Source: Mobula hypostoma
Lineage: Eukaryota
Length of the DNA: 64,000 bases
Direction of reading: 5' to 3'
NCBI RefSeq assembly: GCF_963921235.1
Contig: NC_086097.1
Span: forward strand, 206,400,001-206,464,000
Part shown: positions 37,993-52,520 of the stretch, in pieces
Layout: each line of letters starts with the position of its first letter
Numbering within the stretch: position 1 is the stretch's first letter
Notes under the pieces: model-generated
The model's input: only the letters and a program-made list of their open reading frames with translations
Database searches by the model: none
What the model was told of the DNA's origin: nothing
Translations under genes and position numbers: made by a program

Positions 37993-38712
37993 TGTAACTG
38001 GGTCTTGGTTACACCGGCTGCTGAGGTGTCTAAAATGGCTTCTTTGTATGTTATATAAAATGGCTTTTCTTTAATAATAACTGCGATGTAAGGAGTTCTC
38101 TCTCTCCCTGCTTGTTTGGTTATATTATTGATAAGAGAGAGAACAAACCAATGAGTGTCCATGTTATTCTTTTTGTGGGTGATATTCTGTCTCATATGGC
38201 TGGGGGACAGTGTGGTTTGGTGGGCTTTTCGGGGGAGAACTGAAGAGGGAGGACACGCTGGACGCGCTCTGGTCAACCACCGTGTTGGTCCCAGGCGGCG
38301 GGTCGAGGAGGTTGGAGGAGATCGACTGGTGGACAGAACATAGAACATAGAACATAGAATAGTACAGCACAGTACAGGCCCTTCGGCCCACAATGTTGTG
38401 CCAACCCTCAAACCCTGCCTCCCATAGAAGACCCCGTTAATTGAGCTCCAACGGTTGTGCACGAAGTGGTTGAACTCTGATAAGTTTGGGGCCTTTTACT
38501 TTCCTTTTATATTGTATCTCTATTAATTACTTAGTTCCAGTAAGATCTATAAAGTGTAATCTGTAAATCATACGCTGTGTGCTGTCCGATATTTGATGTG
38601 TGAGCTTGAACCAGGGTGCATTACACAACAACTACGCAAACGTGAGACACGATTTGGCGGGCAGACAGAGTTTCTCCTAGATAAACACGAGCCGATAGCC
38701 CTGAGCCTTACA
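37993..38712 (+). repeat. 3' LTR (720 bp including a CR1-tail insertion), preceded by a purine-rich tract
   Basis: Matches the 5' LTR; ggtggagcgagag immediately upstream is a probable degenerate PPT. Confidence 0.95.
38339..38425 (-). mobile_element. 87-bp CR1 3' tail inserted in the 3' LTR
   Basis: Absent from the 5' LTR; (catagaa)3 tail; AGAA duplicated at 38335-38338 and 38426-38429. Confidence 0.9.
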
Positions 38713-39205
38713 CTGCACTTGCCTCCCACAGCGTCTGAGCGATCACCTGATCAGGTCCTGGGGATTTATCCACACTCATTTCCCTTAAGACAACAAATAC
38801 CCCCTCCTCTGTGATCTGTATATGTTCCATGACATCATTGCTGTCTTGCCTCACTTCTACAGATTCTGTGTCTGTATCACCAGTCAATACAGATTCAAAA
38901 AATCCATTTAAGATTTCTCCAATCTCTTTTGGGTCCATGCATAGATGAGCACTCTAATCTTCTAGAGGACCAGTTATGACACTTACTTTGCTTTTGCTCT
39001 TAATATATCTATAAAAGCCCTTGGAATTCTCCTTCACCTTGACTACTAGAGCAACATCATGACTTTATTTAGCCTACTTGATTTCCTTCTTAAGTGCTCT
39101 CTAACATTTTTTATATCACCTATGTACCTCATTTGCTCCTTCCTGCCTATACCTGCTCTGCACCACCTTCTTCTTAACCAGGGCCTTAATATCTCTTGAA
39201 AACCA
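38713..39205 (-). mobile_element. CR1 ORF2 fragment, right flank of the Gypsy insertion
   Basis: EIGEILNGFFESV...DKSPGPDQV in ORF 38708-38938. Confidence 0.85.
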
Positions 39206-39209
39206 ACCA

Positions 39210-41060
39210 AAGGGACAGCTGGGACATTCCGCACACCACAGTTCCCTTGGAGATGTTCGATTGTGCGTAACTAGGTACTTGGCAAGGGCCAATAAAAAGA
39301 CATTAGGTTTAAGTGGAGCAGCCATTGTGTGAGTGGGCCTGTGTTAGAATGGGAGGTTGAGGTTGGCTCATAGAGGCTTTGTCAAGGGGAAGCAGAGGCT
39401 GTAGATAGACTTGTTTTTCCATTTAACTTCCTTTCTTTCTTATTGCAGAGTTAGACCCATGGGAATGTCAGGCAGGATAATGGAATGCTCCTCTTGTGGG
39501 ATGTGAGAAGTCAGGGAGACCTCCAGTGTCTCTGATAACTACACCTGTAAGAAGGGGATCCAGCTGCAACTTCTTTTAGACCATGTTAAGAAATTGGAGC
39601 TGGAGACAGATGAACTCCAAATCAGTCAGGAGGCTGAGTGGCTGATAGACAGGCGATACAGGAAGGTAGTTATACTCAAGGTGCAGGATACAGGTGACAT
39701 GAAGATGGGGCAAGGGGATTGGCAGCCAGTGCAGAGTACCACTCTGGCTGTTTCCCACTATAAAAGATATACCGCTTTGGATACTGTTGGGAAGAATAAT
39801 CTAGAAGAGGAAAGACACAGTGGTCAGGTCTCTGGCACTGAGTCTGCCTCTGTGGCTCAGAAGGGAAGAGGAGGGAAGAGGAGGGAAGAGGTGAGCTGTA
39901 GTGATAGGGAATTCATTTTTTAGGAGAACAAACAGGACTTTCTGCAGACAAGGATGAAGGGTGATAAGGTTCTGCAAATATCCATTCAGGGCTCCAAACA
40001 GTCCTTCTAGGTGAGGCAACACTTCACCTGTAAGTCTGACTATTCTACCTGGTGCTCACGATGCGGCTTTGTTGAGCACATCTACTTCATCCACGCATAT
40101 CAGATCTTCCTGGTGGCCCAACATTCCCATTCCCATTCCGACATGTCAGTCCATGGCCTCCTCTTGTGCCGTGATGAGACCACCCTCTGGGCGGAGGGGC
40201 AATACCTCATATTCCGTCTGGGTAGCCTCCAACCTGATGCCATGAATATTGATTTCTCCTTCCGATAGAAAAAATTTCACTCCCCCTCCCCCTCTTCTTG
40301 TGTTCCTCTAATGCTCTGGCCTCTAACCTCTTCTCACCTGCCTATCACCCCCCCACTGGTGTCCCTCCTCCTTCCTTTTCTGCTATGACCCACTCTCATC
40401 TCCAATCAATTCCTTCATCTCCTTTCCCACCCGCCTGGCTTCACCTATCACCTTCTAACTATCATTCTTATCCTCGCCCATCTTTTTATTCTGGCATTTT
40501 CCCCCTTCCCTTCCAAACTGTTTGTACATGAACGCTGCCTGACCTGCTGAGTTCCTCCAGCTTTTTGTGTATGTGGCCTGCAGAATTTCTTGTGTTTAAA
40601 ATAGTGGAGTGGTTCTGGGGAAAGATGTTGTTAAACCTACATATGAAGTCAGGAATCAAAAAATTGAGCATGGTGGGATTAATGTTCTGAGTTGTGTATA
40701 TTTCAATGCAGGGAGTGTTGTAGGAAAGGCAGACGAGCTCAGGGCATGGATTAGCACATGGAATTATGATATTGTAGCCATTAGTGATACTTGACTGCAG
40801 GAGGGGCAGGACCACCAGCTCAATGTTCTGGAGTTCTGTGGTTTAAGATGTAATAGAGCGGGAGGAATTAAAGGGGGAAGGGTGGCATCATTGTTCAGGG
40901 GGAAATGTCACTGCAATGCTCAGAACAGACTGACTGGAGAGATCGTCTACTGAGGCTAAATGGGTGGAAATGAGAAATAAAAAAGGGATGAAAATGTGAA
41001 TGGTATTATACTATACAACATCCAACAGTCAATGGGATTTAAAAGAGCTTATTAGCAAAG
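39210..41060 (+). mobile_element. CR1 5' portion (5'UTR, ORF1 remnant, ORF2 endonuclease start) interrupted by a Penelope fragment
   Basis: ORF1-like ECSSCGM...ELELETDEL at ~39480-39620; VYFNAGSVVGKADELRAWISTWNYDIVAISDT at ~40690. Confidence 0.8.
39960..40600 (+). mobile_element. Penelope-like element 3' fragment (GIY-YIG endonuclease C-terminus plus terminal repeat)
   Basis: RQHFTCKS..CSRCG..FVEH..HSHSDMSVHGL..LIFRLGSLQPDAMNIDFS, then a pyrimidine-rich repeat and gctgcctgacctgctgagttcctccagc. Confidence 0.82.
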
Positions 41061-41289
41061 GGAAAATCTTCTGAATAGATAGGAAATTGATTGTGAGATA
41101 GGAGATATGGCATTAAGGTTGACAGCATGGCACTTGCTGACCTTGGGGTCAAAGCAGTGCATGAACCTCTGCAATCAGTTATGCTTTCTGTTTTGTTCCA
41201 GTAGTATAGAGTTTAATCATGCTAACATCCAAAATGAACTTTCCAATGTAACCTGTCACTGATCAAGATTCCTTAAATCTGAGTAAAAC

Positions 41290-41520
41290 AAAGGTTCTCT
41301 AAACCTTTTGTTCAATAATAGGAGATCTGGTATTGCACTTTCTGTAGTTGCAACCTCCATATATTGATTAAAGAAACTTTCCTGAACACTTTTGATAAAC
41401 TCTATCTTATCCAGTCTTTAACAGTTTGGGAGTCCTAGTCAATACGTGGAAAGTTAAAATCACCTAAATCACCTCTAACCACAACATTATGTTTCTTGCA
41501 ACTGTCTGTAATCTCTCTTC
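41290..41520 (-). mobile_element. CR1 endonuclease-region fragment
   Basis: Similar to 17600-17800 (aaactttcc...aaactctatc...aagttaaaatcacc). Confidence 0.65.
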
Positions 41521-43714
41521 ACCTTAAGTACTCTCCTATTTTGAATCTGTAGACAATTCAACAAAAATATGAAAAAAAAGACCTAGCTTAGGTTTTAGGT
41601 GGACTGGTGTTTCCTTTGTTGTAATAATGAAAAAAAATTAATGAAGGTGAAAGCTTAGTAGATCCACCTAATTGAAGTTCAACCCTCCCCTCCATCCTGT
41701 CCTATGAAGACTTTGGTCTAAAATTTCATTGCAGGTGCTTTGACTGGACATCATTTGCATCTCAAAACCAGGGATCTGCATTACAGTCTAAAGAGTTTTC
41801 AGCCTAAACATCATGATATGCTGATCAATTAACCAGTAAGAACTCTAGCAGCAAATTTGACTGAGCTGCATCTCATTCTGCAGAATCTCCTGTGTTTACC
41901 ATTGACAGAGCTGTACAATCTTTCCAAAAAAGAAGAGGATCAGGGGTCTGATGAATAATAGTTATACACCCAAAGTGATGTGGGAGAAAATTATTTTACA
42001 ATATTGTAAGATTGGGCATCTCATGTTTAGTTGCCCTATCTTAAAATGACATCTTTCTATATTTTACAATTAATATCAAGCCTACCACTTTTAACTGTTT
42101 CTTTATCTTATCCAACAGATAACTTGTTTTTCTGCTTGAATTGAGTCCAGAATGCTAAATGTGTGCCACATAAAGCAAGACATTACATGGGGAGGCTGAG
42201 TGGACCACTGCCTGCCTTTAAATGTCCATATGTATAAATGTATAATTTTACAATTGGGGTATTTAAATATTTTAAATATTCTGTTATTGCTCTCAGATAC
42301 AGATTGGAAATGTTATGCAATAAGGGCATAGTGTTTGTGGCATTTGCTTCTGCAGCTGGGTCAACTAAGCCAAGAATTTGTGAAGTCAAATAGTTGATAT
42401 ATTTGTTTTTAAAATGACCTATTGTATGAAATGTTTGGTGTTGCTGCATGAATGGACATATTATTCAACAAGCAAAACATTTAGTGGAGCTAATTTCACT
42501 CCTATTGTCAAGAGCAGAATCTACAAACAACTGTACATAAAAATTCAAGCACGCAGACAGCTTCTGTCGCCTGGCATAGAGAACACACCCTTATTTTTAT
42601 TGTGTTAACTATATTGATGTTGTAGGCATCCAATAGTTACTCATCACCAACTGCAAAATCCAGGTTTTCATGTAAGGGATCTTGCCAGTGATGCCTGCCC
42701 ACTGTGAGTCTGTTTCCCTCTCCAGGGTGCTGAACAACACATTTGTGTAGGCTGCAGTCCTTTTACAATTTGCTCCTTTTTATCACAAATTCTTCCCACA
42801 GCTTGGCCATGGACTTTGCAGTTTGGCAAAGGGAATGCTCTCTGTTGCATTTTAAAATGCTCAATGTCTTGAATCAGATTTATTTGGCCATAAATTTCAT
42901 AAAACATAAGCTTAACCTGCATCCGAAATTCACTTGTAATGACAAATGCAGCATCCCTTGTCTGGAGCACAGACTGGCGATTCACAGTAGCATATGAAGT
43001 GGGATTTACAGGTGAATCACTAAAATCAACTGTTAAAGAACAAATGCTAACGGGAGTGTGAAAATATCTTTAGCATCTGACCAACAGCGTTAAACTGATC
43101 AGCATAATCAACCATTGATGGGATGCAGGAATTACTAGTGAGGTCATTATTTATTGCCCGTCCTTAATTACCCTTGACAAATTGTATGGTGATGGTGGTG
43201 AACTGCTCTAATTCTCGTGGTAAAGGAACTTCCATGGTGTTGTTGGGTAAGGTTTTCCAATATTTAGATTCAGTAACAATGGAGGGACAATATATTTCCA
43301 CTATATTATTGGTTTGTAAAGTGTGACAGAGGGGCATGGTTCCTGAATATTCTTTCAAATGGAAGGTGATGAGTGGTGTTTTCTTTGGACCAGAGAAGCA
43401 GAATGTCATCGAAAGCCAATGAATTAAACACTGGGCAGTCCTCAACAAGTGCACAGTGAAAGATCATTCCGAGTAGTGGAGGGGTCAAAGATTAAATGAT
43501 AACAGGAATAAAAGAAGAAGAGGATTAACAACAAAATTGGAGAAATAAAATAATTTTCTTTTTACACAACATAATGCTTGGAATCTGGAGCACACGCCTG
43601 CAGATATGGTCAATACAGATAGGATCCACTGTGGCTTCAAGAATGAATTATATAAGACATATTTGGAGAAAAATAGTACAGCGCTAAGAAGAAGGGGTAG
43701 TAAATGGTAAATCC

Positions 43715-44220
43715 CTCCCCACCATTGAGCACATCTACAAAGAGTGTTGTTGCAGGAATGCATCATCCATCATCCAGGCCATGATCTCTTCCCACTGTTG
43801 CCATCAGGAAGAAGGGACAGGAGCCTCAGGTCCCACTCCAACAGGTTCAGTACAGTTATTACCCATCAACCATCAGGTCCTCGAACCAGAGGAGATAACT
43901 TCACTCGACGTCACTGACTACAACAATGAACTGTTTCCATAACCTATGGACACACTTTCAAGGATTCCACAACTCATGTTCTCAACCTTCTTTACTTATT
44001 TATTTATTATCTTTACTTTTTGTATTCTCACAGTTTGTTGTCTTTTGTACATTGCTTGTTTGTCCATCTTTGCATGCACGACTCTTTATTGATTCTATTG
44101 TGCTTCTTTGTATTTACTCTGAATGCCCAGAAGAAAATGGATCTCAGGGTAGTACCTGGTGGAATATACTGTATGCACTTTGGCAATAAATTTACTTCGA
44201 ACTTCGTACTTTGCTTTGAA
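43715..44220 (+). mobile_element. Rex1/Babar-like LINE 3' fragment inside an old CR1 3' end
   Basis: Same family block and 3' end aataaatttacttcgaacttcg. Confidence 0.8.
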
Positions 44221-45769
44221 CTGTGGGATGGAAATAATCAGTTGCTCTGGCTGAGAACAGGCATGGACAGGATGAGCAGAATAGCTTTTTTCTGTGCTGT
44301 AATCATTCTATAAATCTATACTATCTATCAGTATTATTAACTAATTTGCCTTCTATTGTTTTGAAAGTTGTATCTCAAATACCAATAACATTAAATTTCC
44401 ATATCTGAACTCACTTACACAATTATTCAAAAAACCAAGTATAAACTTAGATTGCTCTAAGATAAAGCTATATATATTTAAAGAATTAAAGTGCACTATG
44501 ACATGGGGATTACTATTCAAAAGGGTCTAGGAAAGCTTTAAGCAGGACTTCAGCTCATAGTCTGTGTTAATAAAACTGAAAGGGTGGGGGACTTACATGT
44601 GGAAGGCCAAGAAGAAAGGAATGAGCTTGACAAGTTGCAAGCTTGATCTATTCCATGTCTTCCCTGAGTTGGTTGAAAGAGTTGCTACATTCTTTATCAA
44701 TTCTTAGCACATTCCCACATTGTAATATACCTAGACTAAAGTGCAATCAGTTTTCAGACAGCATCTAATCATTTACACAATAGATTCTGAAGATGTTGGA
44801 AATCTTGAGCAACACACATATTGTGCCGTAGGAAATCAACAAGTCAGGCAATATCTATGGAGAGAAATTTAGTTTTGTAGATGCACCATTGTATATGGGA
44901 ATAGGATTCACAGTTCATTCTTCAGAGATTCTCCTAATTGGTCAAGACAACTTTAACAGATACATTGGTGGAAATGCACGTAATGCATTTGGATACGTTA
45001 TGTAATGTGTGATTCTGATAACATTCAACTTATAGTGGTCAGTTTGGAAATTCCCAAAGAAATTAGCTGTGATTGTACAAATGTTTGTAATTTTAGCACA
45101 TGTTAATGACTTAACATTTCACTTTCTGCCCACCTTCAGATTCTTTCTGAAAAGATCTGTTTCAATGGTTATTCCCAAAGGTTATTGATGACTAGCAGAA
45201 GTGTTTTGGCTTGTCATAAAAAAACTTCGTTACCTCACTGGGTATTTAATTTCATAACATGGTACTCGAATGATATAAAGAAAACAAAAAGTATTTGTAT
45301 TTTGCAAAAGATTACCATTTGCATTTGTTTTCACAATGGCTTTTGAGATATGTTACAAATCACCTTTATATTCCCTGATAACTGACCTAAGCTCAGGAAG
45401 GTTTATTGCTGTTATCCCTGGATGAAAACCTAATCCTATGAATTTAGATTGAAATCAGCACATATTCACCAAGGTTTAGAAGAATGACAAGTGATATCAT
45501 TTAAAATGTAAAATTCATAACAGGTCTGGAACTGGAGGTGTCAGTCTCTGAGGATGGAATCAATTATTTAACATTGGGATTGTATTTCTTCACATGTAGG
45601 GCTGTGAGAAGGTGGAGCACTCAATCCCAGAAGGCACTGGATGTTCAACTGTTGTATATCTTCAAGAGAAAAAAATCAACAGGGTCAGAAATCAACTGAT
45701 AAAAAATGGGATCAACTGCAAAGTGGATGATGTAGAATCATCCCACAATTCGCCTACTGACACAACTGA

Positions 45770-46990
45770 TCAGCAGATGATACCATAGTCACAGCACTAC
45801 ACACCGTCGTCACTCACCTCGAGAAGAGGGATGCTTAAGTTAGAATGCTGTTTTTGGACTACAGTTCAGCACTCAACATCACAATTCCCCACAGGCTCAA
45901 CAAGAAGCTCAGGGACTCTGGCCTGCAAACCGCCTTATACAGCTGGATCCTGGACTTCCTATCGGATCGCCGGTAGGTGGTAGGGGTGGGCTCCTTCACC
46001 TCTGCCCCTCTGCCCCTCAACACTGGAGCACCCCCACAGCAGTGTCCTGAGCCCCCTCCTCTACTCCCTATACACCCACGACTGTGTTGCCACACACAGC
46101 TCCAATCTGCGGATCAAATTTTCAGATGACACAACACTGATCAGCCTTATTTCCAACAATGATGAGATAGCCTACAGAGGAGAAGTCAAGGCACTGACAT
46201 AGAGATGGCAAGAAAACAACCTCTCCTCAATGTCAAAAAATGAGGGAGTCGAAGGATCGTGGATTACAGGGCAGACAGAGACAGGCTGGCCCCTATTGAC
46301 ATCAATGAGACTGTAGTGGAGAGGGTGAGTAGTTTCAGATTCCTTGGTATACACATCACCGAGGATCTCAACTAGAGTGTACATACTAGCTGTGTGATGA
46401 AGAAAGCACAACAGCGCCTCTTTCAATTCAGACAGCTGATGAAGATTAGCATGAGTCCCTAAATCCTCAGGACTTTCTATGAGACACCATCAACATTATC
46501 CTGACTGTCTGCATCGCTGCCTGGTATAGGGACGGTACTACCCTCAATCGCAGGGCACTTCAGTGGTGCAGACAGGCCAGCACACCTGTGGATGTGAACC
46601 TCCCACTATTCCGAACATTTACAGCAGCAGGTGTGTAAAAAGGGCCCGGAGGATCATCAGGACTCCAGCCACCCCAACCATACACTATTGCAGCTTCTTC
46701 CTTCTAGCAAATGGTACCTCAGCATTAAGGCCTGAACCAACAGTCTCCAGGACAGCTTCTTTCACCAGGTCATCAGATTTATCAATACACATTGATCTGA
46801 TGGTGTATTTGACTGTACATACATGCATACAAAACAATAACATATACAATATTGGTGTTTGGGCAATATCCTCCCATATTTCCCTTCCCTATTGCTTGTA
46901 CATAGTGACGGAGACGCAACATAAAGATTTTTACTCCCTTGGATGTAATGAATAAATAAATAAGTACATAATAAAATAAGTAAATAGAAA
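45770..46990 (+). mobile_element. Rex1/Babar LINE, 5'-truncated (RT to 3' tail)
   Basis: Translates to TALHTVVTHLEKRDA*VRMLFLDYSSALN, WILDFL, TGAP, KFSDDTTLI; A-rich (aata)n tail. Confidence 0.88.
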
Positions 46991-47357
46991 ATCAGCATGA
47001 TCTTATAAAAATGGTGCAGCAGGCTTCAGAGGTAAAATGATCTACTCCAATGCTCACTTCTTATCTAAGTTGTATCATCACAAAAGCTATACTATTCTTT
47101 TACTTTGATTTTTCCTTTTACCACTTTTCTTCATAACCTATCTGAAATCCAAAGAGTATAAATCAATTGAAATGATACTGAGCAGAACTTCGCGTGCCCA
47201 AAACAATTTTGTCAAAAATAACACAGCTTTAAATTCTATCTCACTCAGACTGATAGAACTCTGAAATGAACAAAATGGTGAAATACAGTAGTTTAGGCAA
47301 ATTACTGATTGCCTAACTCTAGAACTGTAAAATATATACTCTAAGTAATGCAGCTTA

Positions 47358-47477
<120 letters not shown>

Positions 47478-47749
47478 TCATGAATGAAACTGGATCAATA
47501 TACACGTTCCTTACTTATCCTTCAGTGTAAAGTCTGTCTGTCCAAACATTTTTGTACATTAATTATATGAACAGGATGTTCATATAAATTCATAAAATGT
47601 ATAAGCATAGGTAAATATAAGAAGTCATTATTTTCAATGAAGCTGTCAACTTTTGATGTATTATTGTAACTTCATACTGAATTTGTTAACTACTATGTTG
47701 AAAATCCTGCATTTTGCTGGAAAATCTGATCAATTTGCCATGAACAACA

Positions 47750-48125
47750 GAATAAAGTGAACTAGTTGACAAAGTGTATTTGGAAACATTTTGCCAACAT
47801 AAAAGGTTACTCTGTAAGATCAGAAGGCATGAGATTGGGGATAATATATTAATAGGACAGAGAAGTGGCCATCTAGCAATAACAGGGAGTCAAAATCATG
47901 GATCAGTTTCAGGTTGGCAGTCAGTAACTAATGGGGTACTTCAGTGCAGGAGGGAGGGAAGGCAATACCTGGAGATTGGCTCGATCTTTGACCTGGATGA
48001 TAAATGCATGAAGGTAAATATGGCTCGAAGAGTAAAGGGGAATGGAACATTGGCAGAAAGAAGCTGCCTGATTGACTTCAGTTCTAATAACGTGAAATTG
48101 CATGAGATCCTTACACATTGATGAT
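47750..48125 (+). mobile_element. Old CR1 RT fragment
   Basis: HKRLLCKIRRHEIG and SGWQSVTNGVLQ in ORF 47774-48121. Confidence 0.6.
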
Positions 48126-50792
48126 ATGATGAAGCGGGGGAGAAGAATTAAAGGTTTTAAGTAGAATTATCATTACTCTTATGGATTATGCTTGAGCATG
48201 GTATGCTTTGGTAAAGGAGAGAAAGCCTGAATGTGCTTTATGAAGTACAGCCAATTCTGGTGGTGGATGGCTAATCCTCTATTTTAAACTTTTTCTTTCT
48301 AGATTGAGGGAATGCAGGTGGGAGCAATTCTGGTTTAATCAAGACTTCAGGAAAATAAAGTTCTGATACAAGATTAATTGTGCAGAAGAGTTATGGACAG
48401 TGTAGGGCAAGGGTAAGTAGTTTTCACTTTGAAAAATGCATCTGTAAGTGAATGATTGAAAGTTTATAATTGGATATAACAGGAAGAATAGCTTGTAAGG
48501 AAAGGGCTGGTGAAGGATGCAGGAAGATGATCAGAAATAGTCTTCACTGGTGTGCATTGGTGATCACGAGTTTAAAAGGAACAGAGTATAACTTCAATGG
48601 GTAACTGAAATGAAGATTAATATTACTGAGGATGGAGAGCAACTCAGCCTAAAGACTTGGCAGTGGGGTTGGATTGACAAGACTGAAGGCTACCTTAGTG
48701 GCTAATGGAATCTGTTTAATGTTAAAAGAAAAGCAAGAAAGGTACAACAACAGGAGGTGTTTGACAGATATGGGGGGGCGGGGTGGAAGATGATTTGTTA
48801 TTTGCTGAGTGGCACCAAATAACAAATCGTGTTAGTGAGGGACAGGCATAGATCCAGTTTAAGTCAAAGCCTGGATAGCAAAACAATCACCCAGTATTAG
48901 AATAAGTGATGCCGATTGCTGATGAACGAACGTTTTGATGAGAAATACAAAGGGAGTGTTGGCTCAGTGGCAATGTTTGAGATTCAGGTCCTGGATTAGG
49001 TGAACCAAATTGGGAGATAAATAAAATCAATTAATGCCAGTGGATGCTGGATGAAAAGTGCAGTGAGAGATGAAGATGGAGCAATCGTATTTAGTACTTA
49101 TAAAGAGGCCCTGGTGGGTGTTTTGTTATTCCTGAAGAAAATACCGCCTTGTTCTGCTGCTCATAAAGCCTTCTTATCTGCATACCATCTGATTAGAGAG
49201 CCCAGTGAGGATGAAATACCTCACATACCTCAACTCCAATGCTTTGATTTTCTGGCATGTTAGTTAGTTAGATAGTTCAGAAAACTAGTTAGTTTTTCCC
49301 TGACAGGTTAAATTGAATGCTGTGGATTGTCTGAATTTTCATCTGATCACTACCCTTGGCATGTGATCTGTAAAACATCAAGGAAATGGCTGTAACTTTC
49401 TAGATGTCTTGGCAAAATACACTTATTTGCCTTCGACTTTTGCAAGTTTGTCCCATCCAAAATGATCTTGGATTTTGATAGATTGCAGTATAGTCCTTAA
49501 AACTGAAAGTATTTTAAGAAATTTACCAGAGTTATTAACAAGTTACAAATTCATTTTAATGAAGAATGAATCAGAATGGTAAAAGAGTAATTACAAATAA
49601 GAAGTATTACTGATGATTCAAAGAGCTTGTCTTTTGAAAAGGTGAGCTATGTGAGTCAGTAATCCCTCAGACTCTAGAGGTCTTTTCCACTTTAGTTGAT
49701 CTCTTCCGGGCTGGTGCTTTATTGGCTTCTCTTCCAGAGGTGAAAATCATCCAAAGTCAGATTTTCAGGCTTTACCTCAGTTATATGATGCTGGATATAT
49801 TTATTACTGCTAGATTAATTATTTGTAATTCTAAAACCTGTGCATAATATCCTTTGATAACAATAAAACTTACTGGGAAAGAGCAGGGAGGGTTTGGCAA
49901 CTTCATTCAGAAAACCACAACAGAATAAGATGGATCAATTTGTGAGCCTTCAATGCTTTAATTCTTTAATCATGATTTAAAAAGCATTATTTAATTATAA
50001 ATTAATGATTTCTCATTCTATTTTTTGCCTTTCTGTTCAATTAGGTATTCTTGTTTATGCTTTTCTCAGCTGTTTTAGTTGGGTCTGAGGAGTAACAGAT
50101 CTGGGAGTAATTCCAATAGGAGTACGGAGTAGATGGGTGAATTATTTTAAATTGGGCTTTGTATTCCCTGCAAAAGCTTCTATTTCCTTTGCCAGTTCAA
50201 TGAAACAGATACCCACATATTGTTGCTGCTATTGTGATTATATAATGATCTTTATTAATCTTACTGTTCAACAAAATCATCTGATATAAACTCTTATTTA
50301 TTATAAACATTTATAAACAGTTAATGTAACTTAAGTGTAATCTACCAAAAATTCTCCTGTTTCACATTAGTTTAATTTTAAATCATAATAAAAACAAGTA
50401 TAGGAAAGAAGATCACAATGAGCCCATGAAATGATCCGTCACCATGTTTGGAGCAAGCAGGTAAGAGCAAGCGTCCGCTTTTCACTTTTACCATGTGCTG
50501 ACCTTGGAATCATTAGGTAACTGGGTGGAGCTTTGAGCTATAATCAAATCAATATATGGGAATTGCCAAGCAGAACATTTGGTCTGTTTAAACCCCATAT
50601 GTTCAACTGAAGAGCAGCCAGATCTCAGATCCAGATTGTTTTATTCTTTGAATCTAAATATTGCGTGTACACTTTTTTTATATCAAGACATTTCAAATGT
50701 TTGTAATACGCCACAGGAGCTTTAGAATGATAGACAGCATTTATATGTAAAGTTTGCATTACAGAACAAGTTTGTCACTGTTGAATACTCAC

Positions 50793-50927
50793 TGTCTGGG
50801 GGCACCCTCATTTTATGAGGACATCCTGAGAAGCTGCGGTGATGTGGATACAGTCCTGTGATGTGACCACTGCCATCACACCCTGGAGTTGGACATTTGG
50901 ACTCTTTTTTGTCAGATCTTATAGAAT
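50793..50927 (-). CDS. ST18: ST18 coding exon C (135 nt), CCHHC finger 1
   Basis: [45 protein letters not shown]; ttttacag|AT and GACA|gtgagt. Confidence 0.96.
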
Positions 50928-51059
50928 CTGTAAAAATCAGCAGAATATGAGCAACAAGGTAACTCAAATACAGTCATGTGATCTATAGTTTCTCATAAAA
51001 GCAGTCACCAACATAAAGCTGATTAATATCCATCTAAAAATAATGTAGGCACAAAAATA

Positions 51060-52520
51060 CCAGCTCCTCTCTCATACCTCTGTAATTCCTGCTGCTTCAC
51101 TGTAATACTGATACATCTGATTTTGCCTTCTCCCTCTCAAAATGCAGAGTAAATTCAATCATATTATGATCACTGCCTCCTAACGATTCCTTTACCTTAA
51201 GCTCTTAAACTCCCTAATTAAATCTGTTTCATTACAAAACCCCAAATCTGGAATTGACTTTCCTCCAGTGGGCACAACCACAACCTTCTCTAAAATGTCA
51301 TCTTCTGGGCATTCTACAAATTCCTTCTCTTGGGATCCAGTAGCAACCTAATCTTCCTAATCCAGCTGTATATTGAAATCCCCCATTATTATCATAACAT
51401 TACCCTTTTTACTATGCTTGGCTGTCTTCCATTGTAATTTTTATGCCACATCCTGGCTACTATTTGCAGTCCTGTATTTAATCCCATCGGAGTCTTTTTA
51501 CCCATTCAGTTTGTTAATTCTACCCACAAGGATTCTCCATCTTCCGATCCTATGTCACCTTTATCTAAGGATGTGATTTCTTATTTTACCTATGAATTCA
51601 TCCTAGTTCCTCTGCCTACCTGCCTGTTCTTTTAATACAAGATGTATCCTTGGACAGTAAGTTTCCAACTATATTTTCCTTTCAGCCATGACTCAGTGAT
51701 GCCTACCACATCATATCTGCCAATCTCTAAATCTGCTACAAGGTCATCTTCCTTCTTCTGGAAACTGCATGTATTCAAGTATAACACCTTCAGCTCTGCA
51801 TCCATCACTCTTTTCAATTTTTCCCTCATGTTACACTTCAACTCATCCCACCTACTGCAATTTTGCTCTATTATCTGTCCTTTCTCACAGTCTCACTACA
51901 CACTGCTTCTACTTGCATACCAACTGCCCAATTCTCAGCCCTATCATTCTGGTTCCCATTCCACTGCCAAATATGTTTAAACCCTCCCCAACAGCTCTAG
52001 AAAACCTGTCAGCAAAGATATTGGACTCCCTTCGGTCCAGGTGCAACCCGTCCTTTTTTACAGGTAATACCATTCCCAGAAAAGATCCCAATGGTCACAA
52101 AATCTGAAGCCCTGCCTGCTGCACCAGTTCCTCTACAACACATTCACCTGTTGAAACATCGTATTCTTACCCTCTCTGGCGAGTGGCACAGAGAGCAATT
52201 CTGAGATTACTACTCTGGAGGGCGTTCTTGTAAGCTTCCTACCTAACTCCTTGTATTTTCTCTTCAGGACCTCCTCCCATTTCCTATCTATGTCGTTTGT
52301 ACTACAAGTTCTGGCTGCTCCCTCTCCCCCTTTAGAATGCTGTGGACCCAACCTGAGACACCCCTGATCCCAGCACCTGGGAGGCAAAATATTATACGAG
52401 TTCTTTTTCACGTCCACATATTCTCCTGTCTGCTTCTGTAACTATGGAATCCCCTATCACTACTGCAATCCTCTTCTCCCCCTTCACCTCTGAGCCACAT
52501 AGCCAGACTCAGTGCCATCT
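51060..52520 (-). mobile_element. CR1 5' portion (esterase ORF1 and ORF2 endonuclease), decayed
   Basis: STNDIDRK...RVVISELLSVP, KKDGLHL, LKVLYLNT...GRYDVVGITESWL; closely resembles CR1-B. Confidence 0.9.

Larger units (their letters stand above)
32400..38712 (+). mobile_element. Ty3/Gypsy LTR retrotransposon, decayed, with internal gag deletion
   Basis: Two LTRs with TGTAA...TTACA ends; TSD CTGC at 32396-32399 and 38713-38716; domain order gag-PR-RT-RH-IN. Confidence 0.96.

Noticed and set aside
48200..49260. Possible very old L2-like LINE remnant
   Set aside because: Purine-rich and suggestive, but I could not read a diagnostic motif.
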